32,000 nt of DNA from Candidatus Saccharimonadota bacterium (lineage in GTDB: Archaea > Nanobdellota > Nanobdellia > Pacearchaeales > GW2011-AR1). The DNA is taken from positions 358,288 through 390,287 of the forward strand of contig JBEKXS010000001.1 of assembly GCA_049511795.1 (NCBI GenBank), in the 5' to 3' direction. The notes under the pieces are model-generated. The model saw only the letters and a list, made by a program, of their open reading frames with translations, searched no databases and was not told the DNA's origin. The translations under genes and the position numbers were made by a program. Of this stretch, positions 30,535 through 32,000 are shown in pieces (within the stretch, counting starts at the first letter, position 1; the number at the start of each line of letters is the position of its first letter).

Positions 30535-31578
30535 TTATGATGAACTTATTGTTCCTGCAGATTGATGATATAGACATCCTTTTGGAATGATTAATAGTTT
30601 TCCTGATATAGTCCAGCAATTTCCTGCAGCCATTCTTATCGCATCTCCTATGATTACATAATTAGTAGTTGTAGCACTGCTTCCTGTTTCATTAACAGGC
30701 AAATTAAGTTGTGTGGCTGATACAATTTTGTATTCAGTATCTATAGTTCCACATGTAGTACCTGCACTTTGATTTGTACCAATTTCAGTATATGAAGCAC
30801 CTACTGTAAATGTACGGCAAGTTGAAGATGAAGTTCTGGCAGCTATTGAACCACCAATAATGATGTCATTTGCATTACTTGAATTTATATTTGTAGTAAG
30901 AGCAGTAGTTGCTGTTGAACCATTACTTGGAATAGAAGTGTTTGTATCAAATGGTGCTGCAGTATTAGCACCGCTTATTCCATAAGCTATAAAAGTATTT
31001 GAACCAGTGCCATTCCAGGTGACATTAATTTTGTCATTAGTCAAAGGTGAAGCAGCAATAGCATACCATTCTTCTATATAACCAGTACTAAGAAAATTTA
31101 CAGGATCTCTTTTTGTCCAACTCAAAAGAGAACCATCTGAAATTGAGCTAACCCTATTAATATTTGCATTAGCACCACCTGCAAAGACTATTATGACATC
31201 ATTAGCTTGAGTAGTTGATAAAGTTGAATTCACAGAAGCTCCAGTAGTAGTAAAATTTCCAGTTATACCATCTATAGCTAGAGGGTCAACAATATAATTT
31301 AATTGCAAACTTCCTCCTGAAACCCTTAAATCAAATGTATCTTGACTATCTTGAAGGTTTGTTAAAAAAACTTCATTGGGTTGATTTGAAACAATATTTG
31401 AAAATTGTGCAATCTTGTTTGTTCCATTTTTATCATAAATTTCAATTATTGGATTTCCTGAAATGATTCTTGGATAAATAGTAATACCACTTGTGCTTGT
31501 CAGTTTTTGTTGAAAAGTAACTTTCACATAATCCTCTGAAGAAATTGTCTCACTCCAAACATTATCTAATTCTTTCAC
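30535..31578 (-). CDS. N/S/T-rich secreted-protein body (347 aa as called); the frame stays open upstream to 31680 and appears frameshifted from its signal peptide
   Basis: ORF as in the track. Upstream in the same frame it reads LSFFSGNTLSNEIKITGAQHLDSNRNFISDIYKQVKELDNVW with no ATG. The body has no signal peptide of its own. Confidence 0.7.
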   Translation of the reverse strand: MKELDNVWSETISSEDYVKVTFQQKLTSTSGITIYPRIISGNPIIEIYDKNGTNKIAQFSNIVSNQPNEVFLTNLQDSQDTFDLRVSGGSLQLNYIVDPLAIDGITGNFTTTGASVNSTLSTTQANDVIIVFAGGANANINRVSSISDGSLLSWTKRDPVNFLSTGYIEEWYAIAASPLTNDKINVTWNGTGSNTFIAYGISGANTAAPFDTNTSIPSNGSTATTALTTNINSSNANDIIIGGSIAARTSSSTCRTFTVGASYTEIGTNQSAGTTCGTIDTEYKIVSATQLNLPVNETGSSATTTNYVIIGDAIRMAAGNCWTISGKLLIIPKGCLYHQSAGTISSS

Positions 31579-31640
31579 TTGTTTATAAATATCCGAAATG
31601 AAATTTCTATTTGAATCAAGATGTTGTGCCCCTGTAATTT

Positions 31641-31751
31641 TTATTTCATTAGAAAGAGTATTTCCAGAAAAAAATGAGAGTTAAATACTATTAAAAATAA
31701 TCCAATAATTCCCAACATAATTAAGGTTATTATTTTTTTCTTTATTTTCAT
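31641..31751 (-). pseudogene. 36-codon ORF encoding only a signal peptide, the likely detached 5' end of the 30535-31680 gene
   Basis: MKIKKKIITLIMLGIIGLFLIVFNSHFF then LEILFLMK*. It joins the downstream frame if the T7 run (plus-strand A7, 31668-31674) were T8. Confidence 0.5.
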
Positions 31752-31752
31752 T

Positions 31753-31965
31753 TTAACCTTGTATAAATACCCCTGTTGTATTTGCTAACATCCATTGAGA
31801 GCAATTACCCCAACAAACTTTTTGACCTAAAGTCAAGACGACATTACCTGTTGTTGAATTAAATGTTGTAGCGTTTACTCCACTACTAAATGCAGCTCCT
31901 GAAAGCTGTGCAAACGTATTGTTTGTTGCCAATGTTTGCGCTAATACATTTTGAATATGTTCCAT
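31753..31965 (-). CDS. Small N/T-rich protein (70 aa), first visible gene of the operon; may be part of a longer gene beyond the window
   Basis: ORF ends 1 nt before the next ATG. Has no signal peptide. The motif NNTFAQL recurs in another frame at the window edge. Confidence 0.4.
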   Translation of the reverse strand: MEHIQNVLAQTLATNNTFAQLSGAAFSSGVNATTFNSTTGNVVLTLGQKVCWGNCSQWMLANTTGVFIQG

Positions 31966-32000
31966 TGTTTAATGTAGTTAGCTGTGCAAATGTATTATTG

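Noticed and set aside
1-32000. CRISPR arrays, rRNA genes, SRP RNA / RNase P RNA
   Set aside because: I saw no regularly spaced 25-40-bp direct repeats and no long GC-rich structured stretches outside the tRNAs. The only GC islands are the tRNAs, the Gly10 tract and 28249-28282.

Overview
Visibly AT-rich, tightly packed archaeal chromosome segment. Archaeal core genes present: TFB, ribosomal proteins S3Ae/L44e/S8e, SRP54 and FtsY, Sm protein, RNase Z, Bud32 kinase, a GINS-like protein, ApgM, and five tRNAs, one with a canonical bulge-helix-bulge intron. Gene content plus very large Q/N/S/T-rich secreted proteins suggest a DPANN-type, possibly episymbiotic archaeon (inference only). Left ~6.6 kb is an accessory/mobile island. 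It starts with a 5'-truncated IS6-family transposase directly followed by a C5 DNA methyltransferase. Next is a ~4.75-kb segment bracketed by a 10-bp direct repeat and inverted termini. That segment carries a frameshifted MutH/Sau3AI/MvaI-BcnI-like restriction endonuclease, a motif-permuted SPPY methyltransferase with a small upstream gene, a ComF-like PRTase + DprA pair, and a DDE transposase. The centre holds a three-gene operon: a 45-aa RHH-like ORF missing from the ORF track, a 609-aa protein with a pilin-type (class III) signal peptide, and a 2252-aa Cys-rich secreted giant ending in a lytic-transglycosylase (lysozyme-like) domain. This operon is my top candidate for an undescribed host-interaction / envelope-breaching system. 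The right end holds a second operon of N/S/T-rich surface proteins, with a homopolymer frameshift between a signal peptide and its mature domain. No CRISPR array, rRNA or reverse transcriptase was seen. All functional calls rest on motif recognition by eye; no searches were run.
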